Positions 5,801 to 13,461 of a stretch of DNA of 14,710 nt are shown here, piece after piece. A program made the translations under genes and the position numbers. Location: contig JAWXBZ010000214.1 of the NCBI GenBank assembly GCA_034440375.1, positions 1 to 14,710 of the forward strand, in the 5' to 3' direction. Each line of letters opens with the position of its first letter. Within the stretch, counting starts at the first letter, position 1. This stretch comes from Candidatus Eiseniibacteriota bacterium. GTDB taxonomy: Bacteria; Eisenbacteria; RBG-16-71-46; JABDJR01; JAWXBZ01. The notes beneath the pieces are model-generated. The model had not been told where the DNA came from and searched no databases. It saw only the letters and a program-made list of their open reading frames with translations.

Positions 5801-6904
5801 ATGAAATCAGCACTGTTTGATTCGATGAGTCGACTTTCGAATGAGGAGTTGCTCGCGCGCGTCAAAAGCCTCACGCGCGGCGAGCAGGAGGCGACGGCAC
5901 TGCTGGTCGCCCACCTCGCGGATCTCGACGGGAGGCGCCTCTACCTCGCGGAAGGCTTTTCATCGCTCTTCGCATACTGTGTGCGGGTGCTGCACCTGTC
6001 CGAGCATGCCGCCTACAACCGGATCGAGTGCGCCAGGATTTCGCGTCGGTTTCCGGCCATTCTTGATCTGCTGGCGGATGGATCGGTGCACCTGACGGCG
6101 GTGCGCCTCCTGGCTCCGCACCTGACAGCCGAAAATCATGCCGGGCTGCTCGGGCAGGCGTGCCATCTCGGCAAGCGCGAGATCGAAGAGTTGGTCGCTT
6201 CCGTCCGCCCACGGCCTGATGTGCCCTCGACAGTCCGAAAGCTGCCGAGCCTGCCATCGGAGGACCGGCTCACTGCGCCCCTTGTGGCTCCCCTCGAAGT
6301 TCCGTCGAACACGATGACCATGGCGACCGGGATCCGCTCGGATCTCCAGTCAAACCGCCCGCCAACTCGCGGGGCATCTTTCACCCACGGCTCCAACATC
6401 ACGCCGCTGGCTCCCGATCGGTACCGGGTTCAATTCACTGCGGATCGCGAATCCTACAATCGGCTGCGCGAAGCCCGGAATCTGCTCAAGCATGAAATTC
6501 CGGATGGCGATGTCGGCCTGGTCCTGGCCCGCGCGCTGCGGGACCTGGTCGAATCGTTGCGGCGTCGCAAACATGCCGCGGTGGCTCGGCCGCGGGCTAC
6601 CGGCAATTCGAAGGGCAATACCAGGTGCATTCCGGCGGCGGTCCGGCGCGGTGTCTGGGCGAGGGATGGCGGCGCGTGCGCGTTCGTGTCGGCGAATGGT
6701 ACCCGGTGTGGCGAACGGGGGATGGTGGAATACCATCACTGCGAGCCGTTTTCCGTCGGGGGGCGGGCCACCGTCGACAACATCGCGCTACGATGTCGGG
6801 CGCACAATGCGTATGAGGAGCTTCGGTTCATCGATCGAGCGGGTGCGGGGGAAAGGCAAGCCTCAATGATTCGTGAGGAACCGGCCCGATACCCGTCCTA
6901 CTGA
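5801..6904 (+). CDS. HNH endonuclease with DUF222-like helical N-terminal domain (367 aa)
   Basis: N-terminus LSNEELLARV...LVAHLADLDGRRLYLAEGFSSLFAYC..VLHLSEHAAYNRI..AR..RRFP; Pro-rich linker; PLAPDRYRVQFT...ARNLLKHEIPDGD module; C-terminal HNH: IPAAVRRGVWARDGGACAF...RC...EYHH.EP...GG..TVDNIALRCRAHN. Confidence 0.9.
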   Translation: MKSALFDSMSRLSNEELLARVKSLTRGEQEATALLVAHLADLDGRRLYLAEGFSSLFAYCVRVLHLSEHAAYNRIECARISRRFPAILDLLADGSVHLTAVRLLAPHLTAENHAGLLGQACHLGKREIEELVASVRPRPDVPSTVRKLPSLPSEDRLTAPLVAPLEVPSNTMTMATGIRSDLQSNRPPTRGASFTHGSNITPLAPDRYRVQFTADRESYNRLREARNLLKHEIPDGDVGLVLARALRDLVESLRRRKHAAVARPRATGNSKGNTRCIPAAVRRGVWARDGGACAFVSANGTRCGERGMVEYHHCEPFSVGGRATVDNIALRCRAHNAYEELRFIDRAGAGERQASMIREEPARYPSY

Positions 6905-8316
6905 ATTACCACCTGGCGAAAGGTCAACGAGGTAGAGCCGGTCCGTACCCGGATGAAGTACAGCCCGGGCTGGATCATCCCGCCGGAGTCAAGTCGGCCG
7001 TCCCAGCCGGTCAGCAGCGGGCGGGAGCCGCTCGGGGCAGGGAGGCGGCGGCCGGCGGCATCGAACAGTTCGATGGATGTGACGCGGGCCGGTTCGCCGG
7101 TCAGGCGGAGCCGACTGCCGGGGCGGAACGGATTGGGGCCTAGCGCGAGGTTGGGCGGGCGCGCCGAACCGGGCGCAGTATCCGGGTACGACATGCGCTG
7201 CGGGCCGAAACGTTCGATCGAGCCGTCGCGGGCGATGGCTTCCAGCCAGTAGTCGTAAAGTGCGCCGCCCGCGCCGGTCCGGTCGAGGAACTCGTAGCGG
7301 GGGCCGGCATTCAATAGCGTGTCATTGAGCCGCAACTCGGCCCGGTGCGCCCGGTCGCTGCCGACGCCGGCCCGGATCACGTTAAATCCCAGGTGCTCCC
7401 GCTCGGCACTGGTCTCCCAGATCAGTGCGACACCCGATGCCGCCTGACTCACCTCGAACGATGCCAGCACCACCGGCACGTCGTTGACGTAGGCGCGATC
7501 GATCAGGGTCGGGTCGATGACGAACGGGTTGTAGCGGCCGGCCTGATGGAGCGCGATCGCACAGGATCGGAGACGCTCGAGGTCATCCACGGTATCGGCC
7601 AGGGCCCATTCGCGAAACGCGTTCTTCTGAACGCCAAAAAAATTTGGATCCTCGAAGCTGGCCTCGGTCCGGTACATGGTCCAGAAGTAGAACATCGCCC
7701 GGGCCACGTTTCCCTCGTGTTCCTCGCGCGGTTCCCACCGGGCATCGTAGCCACTCCCCGGAAAGCTGGCATCAAATTCCGAATAATCATCGCGATTGAG
7801 CGGGTCGGGGGCACCGACGACCGTTCGGTTGATGTACCACGAGTCGGTCTCGTTATCCGGGATCTCGCCGAAGGGGTGCGCCGCGCGCGCGTTGTTGGCA
7901 TTGATCTCACTCGGGAACAGATGATGCAGATCCGCCTGCATCGGCAGATTTTCCGCCCCCTTGCTCTGCGGCCACGTGTGCTCGGCATTGATCCCGGCAT
8001 TGAGGGCCTCGGCGCGTGGGGCGCTGGACTGCGGATCGAGCGCGATGGTGAACCCGGTATAAACGCAGGAGACCGTACCGTCGTGATTGTCGAGCTGCGT
8101 GTACATCACATCACGAGCCGCTGCGTAGCTCAACCCGGTCGGCGGCCGAAAGCGAAGGCGCAGGCTGTCCTGCAGTGCGGTGCCGGTCAGGCCGGGGAAG
8201 AGGATAGTGCCGCGGGCGGGGCATTGGGCGCTGGCGGCCCGCGAGTACGCGAGTCCGGTCGACGAACCCAATACCAGTGCAGCCACAAGCAGGAGTGCCG
8301 GTCTCGATGCCTTCAC
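6898..8316 (-). CDS. Secreted endonuclease I-family nuclease with FlgD/T9SS-like C-terminal domain
   Basis: Signal-peptide-like N-terminus (KASRPALLLVAALVLG...). Endonuclease I motifs CVYTG, NAEHTWPQS, DLHHLFPS, NANNARAAHPFGE, WEP...GNVARAMFYF, NPFVIDP. C-terminal PNPF...LFDAAGRR...WDGR..SG...PGLYFIRV. GTG 8316 (GGGGGA upstream) is preferred over TTG 8346. Confidence 0.88.
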   Translation of the reverse strand: MKASRPALLLVAALVLGSSTGLAYSRAASAQCPARGTILFPGLTGTALQDSLRLRFRPPTGLSYAAARDVMYTQLDNHDGTVSCVYTGFTIALDPQSSAPRAEALNAGINAEHTWPQSKGAENLPMQADLHHLFPSEINANNARAAHPFGEIPDNETDSWYINRTVVGAPDPLNRDDYSEFDASFPGSGYDARWEPREEHEGNVARAMFYFWTMYRTEASFEDPNFFGVQKNAFREWALADTVDDLERLRSCAIALHQAGRYNPFVIDPTLIDRAYVNDVPVVLASFEVSQAASGVALIWETSAEREHLGFNVIRAGVGSDRAHRAELRLNDTLLNAGPRYEFLDRTGAGGALYDYWLEAIARDGSIERFGPQRMSYPDTAPGSARPPNLALGPNPFRPGSRLRLTGEPARVTSIELFDAAGRRLPAPSGSRPLLTGWDGRLDSGGMIQPGLYFIRVRTGSTSLTFRQVVIQ

Positions 8317-8365
8317 CCGGCTTTCCCCCGCGTTGCTCCAATCCAAGCTTCCATGCCACGCACCC

Positions 8366-9235
8366 TCATCCGACCTTCCCCCCCTGCACCCCGCCCCGTG
8401 CCTCCAGGGCCAGGTTGATGGCTTCTTCGACTTTCTGACGATTGTGCACCCATCGTGGTCCCACGACGGAGTCGCCGGGAGCGTTCAGGACCAGTGGGTT
8501 GACGGCCACGTCGCGGGAGATTCTCTCCAGAAATGTTGCCGCACGGTCGGCGAACTGGTCCAGGCCGATGTCAGGAAGACGGCCGTCCTCCCACAGTTTG
8601 GCCTGGGCGGTGCCGGTCACGGCGGCCGGAGCCTTGATGCTGACAGCGTCCGGTTTCAGTTGTTGAATCAGCCTCGCGGCCGACTCGGCGGTATCGCCGT
8701 TCCCCGCCGACGGTGTTGGTCCGAGTCCCAGGTCGATCTGCACGCCGTAGAACAGCGATTCCCGCCGACCGCCGGGCCATTCGTCCGGGGCCTCGTCGAG
8801 CTCCAGCCAGATGTCCCGCCTCTTGAGCACGTACCGCGAGAGCAACAGGGTCAGCTCGTTCGTGGCCCATTCGGTGCGCGTCCCGAACGACACCACCGAC
8901 ACCCCGGGTGTCTTGATGACGGATTCGAGCGTCGCCTCCACGTGATCCAGGGGCGGCGGCGCCGCCGCGTGGTTGGGAACGGTGATGTGCAGGTGTGGTT
9001 CCGGGTGGTGCTTGCGCTTCGAGAAATTGACGGCGCGGCGGATCTGCTCATGCGGTGGGGCGCCGCGGCCCCAGGAAGGATCGGCGGCATGCGCCGCCCG
9101 GCAGTAGACGCATGGCCCGGATTCGGATTCGGCCGGGCAGACGAGGCCGCCCGAAATGGTCACCTTTTGCAGGCGGTCGCCAAAGCGCGTGCGGAGGTAG
9201 TCGCTGAAGAGGTGATATCGACGGTCGATTTTCAT
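8366..9235 (-). CDS. Divergent YhcC/TIGR01212-like radical SAM family protein
   Basis: RY..FSDYLRTRFG..LQKVTISGGLVCP...GPCVYC, FGTR, WLEL, GT..AKLWEDGR, PRW, terminal QG all parallel the TIGR01212 family. Several core motifs look degenerate. ATGA overlap with the DUF72 stop. Confidence 0.72.
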   Translation of the reverse strand: MKIDRRYHLFSDYLRTRFGDRLQKVTISGGLVCPAESESGPCVYCRAAHAADPSWGRGAPPHEQIRRAVNFSKRKHHPEPHLHITVPNHAAAPPPLDHVEATLESVIKTPGVSVVSFGTRTEWATNELTLLLSRYVLKRRDIWLELDEAPDEWPGGRRESLFYGVQIDLGLGPTPSAGNGDTAESAARLIQQLKPDAVSIKAPAAVTGTAQAKLWEDGRLPDIGLDQFADRAATFLERISRDVAVNPLVLNAPGDSVVGPRWVHNRQKVEEAINLALEARGGVQGGKVG

Positions 9236-10119
9236 GGCGTCTCCCTCAGGAGATCGAGGAATAGTCTGGCACTCCCCGGCGCATAACCGGCAAAGTGATT
9301 ATTGAAGTAAGCGAAGACATCGAGCTTCCGTGACAACAGGTCGCGAACGACGGGCACCCAGCGGACCGTCTCCGCGGTACGGTCCACCGCCAGGCTGCCC
9401 CACGGCCGGTCGCGATCCTTGACGAGGGCGTCCATCCGCTTATGATCGCCGAGAAAGCGGATGTAACTGAAGTTGGCGGTGACCGGGTCGAGCTTCGAAA
9501 CCAGCTTCGTGATCGACGGCATCGTGAAATAGTCGACGAGCACAAGGGCCACCTGGTGGGAGCGCAGCAATTCGACGAACGATTCGTCGAGCCATTTTTC
9601 GTTGCGGATTTCGACGGCAAAGCGATGGTCGGTGGGCAGTTCTTTCAGAAAACGGCCAAGACGCTCCCGAAAAATCCGTCCGGTTTCATACTCCTCGGCG
9701 TCCTTGCCCTTGGCCACGTAAGGAAACTGGAAGACCATCGGCCCGAGCTTCCCCTTGAGCCGCTCCATCCGCCCCACGAACAGGCGAAAGTCGTCGAGGC
9801 AATCTTCGAGAAACTTCTCGTGGGTGATGACCTGGGGAATCTTGGCGCTGAAACAAAACTCGTCCGGCGTTTTCTCGCGCCAGCCGTCCACCGTTGATTC
9901 GTTCGGGATGCGATAGAACGTGGCGTCGATCTCGACGGTTCCAAAATGACGGGCGTACTGGGCGATGTAGTCACCCGGCCGCGCGTTGGCCTCGTAAACC
10001 GTCCCCTTCCAGTCGTCGGCCGACCAGGAGCTGGTGCCGGGATAGAGGCCGGTCGGGATCGCGGACCGGTCGATCGAAAAAACGGAGGGGCCCGGCGCGG
10101 GATTTGGACTGTCTGTCAT
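9232..10119 (-). CDS. DUF72 (YecE/UPF0759) family protein
   Basis: GTSSWS..DWKG.VY, YARHFGTVEIDATFYRIP, W..KTPDEF.FSAKIPQVITH, KLGPMVFQFP, AVEIRN..W, YIRFLG, YFNNHFAGYAP. AAGGA RBS upstream. Confidence 0.93.
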   Translation of the reverse strand: MTDSPNPAPGPSVFSIDRSAIPTGLYPGTSSWSADDWKGTVYEANARPGDYIAQYARHFGTVEIDATFYRIPNESTVDGWREKTPDEFCFSAKIPQVITHEKFLEDCLDDFRLFVGRMERLKGKLGPMVFQFPYVAKGKDAEEYETGRIFRERLGRFLKELPTDHRFAVEIRNEKWLDESFVELLRSHQVALVLVDYFTMPSITKLVSKLDPVTANFSYIRFLGDHKRMDALVKDRDRPWGSLAVDRTAETVRWVPVVRDLLSRKLDVFAYFNNHFAGYAPGSARLFLDLLRETP

Positions 10120-10251
10120 GTTTCGATCCTCTTTTGGTCCATCGACCGCTCGTGCCGGGGGCCAGCATACGCTCCCTTGCCTTCCCCCTCAAACGGGGTG
10201 GCGTCTGCCCGGATTCCCCCTGATGCCGGCTGGCAGAACGCCGGTCCGATC

Positions 10252-10260
10252 TGGTAGATT
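10252..10260 (+). promoter_or_regulatory. Candidate extended -10 promoter (TGgTAGATT) for gdhA
   Basis: TG-n-TAGATT at 10252-10260, about 60 nt upstream of the ATG at 10320, in the divergent DUF72/gdhA spacer. No clear -35. Confidence 0.3.
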
Positions 10261-10319
10261 TTCCCGCCTCAGTGGTACACCTTGCCCATTGCCTGCGCAC
10301 CCGGAACGAGGACCCTGCC

Positions 10320-11588
10320 ATGACCGTCAACATGACAAAGACCGTATTCGATCACGCCATGGAACAATTTGACACGGCGGCCCGGTTGATGAATCTCAAC
10401 CAGAACCAGATCGCCATGGTCAAGGAGCCTCGCCGCGCCACCGAGGTCAATCTCCCGGTCCAGATGGACAACGGCACCATCAAGCTCTTCAAGGCGTTTC
10501 GGGTCCAGCATTCGATCATTCGCGGACCGGCGAAGGGAGGCATCCGCTATCACCCCGGCGTCACGCTTGACGAGGTCAAGGCGCTTGCCTTCTGGATGAC
10601 CTACAAGTGCGCCGTGGTTGATGTTCCGTTCGGCGGCGGCAAAGGCGGCATCATCGTCGATCCCTCGGAACTCTCGATTTCGGAGCTCGAGCGACTGTCT
10701 CGGCGTTACTTCGCCGAGCTTTCGGATCTGTTCGGGCCCGACCGGGACGTGCCAGCCCCCGATGTCAACACGAACCCCATGATCATGGGGTGGATGATGG
10801 ACACCTTTTCCATGCACGAGAAGAAGTACCTGCCGGCGGTGATCACCGGCAAGCCGATTGAAATCGGCGGCAGCCAGGGTCGCACCCAGGCCACAGCGCT
10901 CGGAGTCATCTACACGATTCGCCAGGCGGCCCAACATTTGAAGATCGACCTGACAAAGAGCCGTTCCGCCGTTCAGGGTTTCGGCAATGTCGGATCGTTT
11001 TCGGCCTTCTTCCTTCACCACGACGGTTCGAAGGTCGTCGGAATCGCCGACGTCCACGGCTCGTACCTGAATCCCGAAGGCCTCGACATCCCCGCGGCGA
11101 TGAGATATTCGGGCGCAAACAACGGACTCAAGGGGTTCGAGAAGACATCCCCGTGCACGCACAACCCCGACGCCAATGCGGTCCTCACGGTTGAGTGCGA
11201 CATCCTGGTGCCCGCCGCGCTGGAGGAAGTTATCACTCCGGAGATCGCGCAAAGGATTTCGGCGAAGATCATTGCCGAGGGGGCCAACGGCCCGACCACC
11301 GCTGAGGCCGATAACATCCTGGCCGAACGGGGCGTTTTCATGATTCCCGACATTCTTTGTAATTCCGGCGGTGTCACTGTCAGCTACCTGGAGTGGGTTC
11401 AGAATCGTATGGGCTACTACTGGTCGGATGAACGGGTCATCGAGGATCTGAAGCGATTCATGACCAAGGCCTTCAACGATGTCCTGGGGATGAGCCTCAC
11501 CCACAAGGTCAACATGCGGGTCGCGGCCTTCATGCTCGGAATTCAGCGGGTGACGCGGGCGGCGGAAATTCGTGGGCTATACGCTTAG
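10320..11588 (+). CDS. gdhA: Glu/Leu/Phe/Val dehydrogenase, most likely glutamate dehydrogenase
   Basis: GPAKGGIRYHP, MTYKCA, PFGGGKGG, DVPAPDVNT, ITGKP...GGSQGR, QGFGNVG, EGANGP, NSGGVTVSYLEWVQN. ATG 10320 with GAGGA RBS at 10308-10312. Confidence 0.95.
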   Translation: MTVNMTKTVFDHAMEQFDTAARLMNLNQNQIAMVKEPRRATEVNLPVQMDNGTIKLFKAFRVQHSIIRGPAKGGIRYHPGVTLDEVKALAFWMTYKCAVVDVPFGGGKGGIIVDPSELSISELERLSRRYFAELSDLFGPDRDVPAPDVNTNPMIMGWMMDTFSMHEKKYLPAVITGKPIEIGGSQGRTQATALGVIYTIRQAAQHLKIDLTKSRSAVQGFGNVGSFSAFFLHHDGSKVVGIADVHGSYLNPEGLDIPAAMRYSGANNGLKGFEKTSPCTHNPDANAVLTVECDILVPAALEEVITPEIAQRISAKIIAEGANGPTTAEADNILAERGVFMIPDILCNSGGVTVSYLEWVQNRMGYYWSDERVIEDLKRFMTKAFNDVLGMSLTHKVNMRVAAFMLGIQRVTRAAEIRGLYA

Positions 11589-12381
11589 GCGGCGTTCGAA
11601 CGCCGTCACCGGATCCGCGATCCTGCGCTGGACGCCGTTGGCGGCGATCCTGATTCTGCTGGCCGCCTGTTCGTCTCCCAAGCCCGAGGGGAACGCTTCA
11701 AAGCAGCCGGCGGGCGCCGCCAAGCGGCCGGCGGGTTCGGCGCCCCCGGCGGTCTTCCCGCCCGACAATCAGCCGTCCACCTGGAGCGGCACCTTTCCCG
11801 GTACGGCAAACTGGAGCGAGCGCTGGACGCTGCATATCCGGCCCGACGCGACCTACTTTCTTCGCGAGGAGCACGTCGGCCACGGCGAGGCGGGCAGTGA
11901 TCATATCGTCGATGACATCGGCCGCTGGGAGAAAGCCACCGATGGCGGGCCGCTCCGATTGACGGGGGGGCGCGTTCGTTCGATGGAAATCGAGGTACGC
12001 CATCCCGACACGCTGCGCCTCCCGGTTCTCGATCCCGCTGCCGGCAGTGCCCCGCGTGACCTGGTCCGATCGGTTCCAACGGTGGGCTTCGAGCCGAGCC
12101 TCAGCCTGACCGGCCATTTCCGGTACATGGCCGATGCCGCGCGTTTCGACGACTGCCTCGCCGGCCTTCGCCTGGCAGTCCTCATGGAGGGCGATTATCT
12201 CGCGGCCGAGAAAGCCTACAGCGTGGCGGCGAGTGCGCCCGGTGCGCCGCTCCTGGTGGAAATCGAGGGACGTATCGTCCAGCGCCCCGGTCCGGACGGC
12301 AGCTCGCCACGCGATCACCTGTTCATCGAGCGGTTCGTCCGGGCCCTGCCCGGCGATGACTGCCCGCCGCATGGAGACTGA
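11572..12381 (+). CDS. NlpE/CutF-like lipoprotein (NlpE N- and C-terminal domains)
   Basis: Lipobox LAAC; NlpE_N-like TWSGTFP...WTLHIRPDATYFLRE...DIGRW; NlpE_C-like LTGHFRYMADAARFDDC...EGDYLAAEKAY...LVEIEGRI...DC. Start is uncertain (GTG 11572 overlaps gdhA by 17 nt). Confidence 0.8.
   Translation: MGYTLRRRSNAVTGSAILRWTPLAAILILLAACSSPKPEGNASKQPAGAAKRPAGSAPPAVFPPDNQPSTWSGTFPGTANWSERWTLHIRPDATYFLREEHVGHGEAGSDHIVDDIGRWEKATDGGPLRLTGGRVRSMEIEVRHPDTLRLPVLDPAAGSAPRDLVRSVPTVGFEPSLSLTGHFRYMADAARFDDCLAGLRLAVLMEGDYLAAEKAYSVAASAPGAPLLVEIEGRIVQRPGPDGSSPRDHLFIERFVRALPGDDCPPHGD
11588..11607. repeat. Near-perfect 20-bp palindrome immediately after the gdhA stop
   Basis: GGCGGCGTTC|GAACGCCGTC with one G-T mismatch; no poly-U tail. 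Confidence 0.6.
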
Positions 12382-13456
12382 CCCGGCCGCAGCCAGTCGA
12401 ATCGTTCGCGAAGCGGCCATCCGACTCGGCTTTCACGCGGTCGGCATCGCAAAGCTCGCCGAAGTGCCCGAAGGTGATGCGTTTCGCGCCTGGCTCGCCG
12501 ACGGCCGTCAGGCCGAGATGGACTACATGGAGCGACGGGTCGAGGAACGGCTCGATCCGTCAAGACTTGATCCGGCCTTCCGATCCATCGTCTCCGTTGC
12601 CATGAGCTACTGGCACGGGGAGGACGAGCCGGCGGCGCCTACGGCACCCTTGGCCCCGGCGTTGTCCCAGGCTCGCGGCCGCATTGCCCGCTACGCCCGT
12701 GGCGCGGATTATCACAATGTCCTTGGCAAACGAATTGGTAAGCTTCTTGCCGAACTTCGGCGTGCGATTCCGGTACTCGACGGCAGAGGTTGGGTCGACA
12801 CGGGGCCGATTATGGATCGGGCGTGGGCTTCCCGTTCGGGGATTGGCTGGTGGGGAAAGCATACCAACCTTGTATCCCGGCGTGACGGCTCGTGGCTGGT
12901 CCTCGGCACCGTGGCGCTGAACGTCGAACTCGAACCGGACCCGCCGCACGCCGACTACTGCGGCAGCTGTCGACGCTGCATCGATGTCTGCCCCACCGAC
13001 GCCATCGTGGCCGAGCGGGAACTGGATGCCCGCCGATGTATTTCCTACTGGACAATCGAGCACCGGGGGGCCATTCCCGAGGCGCTGCGGCCCCTGATCG
13101 GCGACTGGATCTTCGGCTGCGATCTGTGTCTCGAGGTCTGCCCCTGGAATCGCTTCGCGGAACGATCCCGGGAGGCCCGGTTCGCCGCCCGTGAGGACAG
13201 GGCGGCGCCGCAACTCGAGCCACTGCTCGGCCTGACCAATGCGGCCTTCCGACTGAAATTCAACGGCAGCCCGATTCAGCGGGCGGGCCGCGACGGGTTC
13301 GTTCGTAATGTGTGTGTGGCACTGGGAAACGTCGGGGGGCCTGAGGCGCTTGAATCCCTGGGCCGATCGGCCGATCTGGATCCCAGCGAGATCGTGCGCG
13401 AACATGCCCGCTGGGGCATCGATCAAGTGACGAAACGTCATCCAACCGGAGGATGA
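12371..13456 (+). CDS. queG: tRNA epoxyqueuosine(34) reductase QueG
   Basis: LGFHAVGIA, WLADG..AEMDYM, IARYARGADYH, VDTGP, GIGWWGKHT, CGSCRRCIDVCPT, LDARRCISY.TIE, FGCDLCLEVCPWN, C-terminal HEAT-like RNVCVALGN...VREHARW. Start at ATG 12371. Confidence 0.96.
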   Translation: METDPAAASRIVREAAIRLGFHAVGIAKLAEVPEGDAFRAWLADGRQAEMDYMERRVEERLDPSRLDPAFRSIVSVAMSYWHGEDEPAAPTAPLAPALSQARGRIARYARGADYHNVLGKRIGKLLAELRRAIPVLDGRGWVDTGPIMDRAWASRSGIGWWGKHTNLVSRRDGSWLVLGTVALNVELEPDPPHADYCGSCRRCIDVCPTDAIVAERELDARRCISYWTIEHRGAIPEALRPLIGDWIFGCDLCLEVCPWNRFAERSREARFAAREDRAAPQLEPLLGLTNAAFRLKFNGSPIQRAGRDGFVRNVCVALGNVGGPEALESLGRSADLDPSEIVREHARWGIDQVTKRHPTGG

Positions 13457-13461
13457 GGAAC

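Noticed and set aside
5801-6904. IscB/Cas9, group II intron or restriction-modification assignment for the HNH gene
   Set aside because: No PLMP or split RuvC motifs, no reverse transcriptase, and no adjacent methyltransferase.
7345-9286. Long + strand ORFs 7345..8418 and 8180..9286
   Set aside because: Antisense shadows of the endonuclease I and radical SAM-like genes; no recognisable domains.
10120-10319. Riboswitch/ncRNA in the DUF72-gdhA spacer
   Set aside because: Only weak GC stems and no recognisable aptamer consensus; explained by divergent promoters. An Rfam scan would be needed to exclude it.
10269-11504. 411-aa ORF antisense to gdhA
   Set aside because: Shadow ORF from GC-biased codon usage; no recognisable motifs, while the + strand is a clear GDH.
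11701-11735. Direct repeat AAGC(A/G)GCCGGCGGG (KQPAG/KRPAG)
   Set aside because: Low-complexity lipoprotein tether; unremarkable.
12134-12370. N-terminal extension of queG in the ORF track
   Set aside because: Lies within the NlpE_C coding region; QueG similarity starts after ATG 12371.
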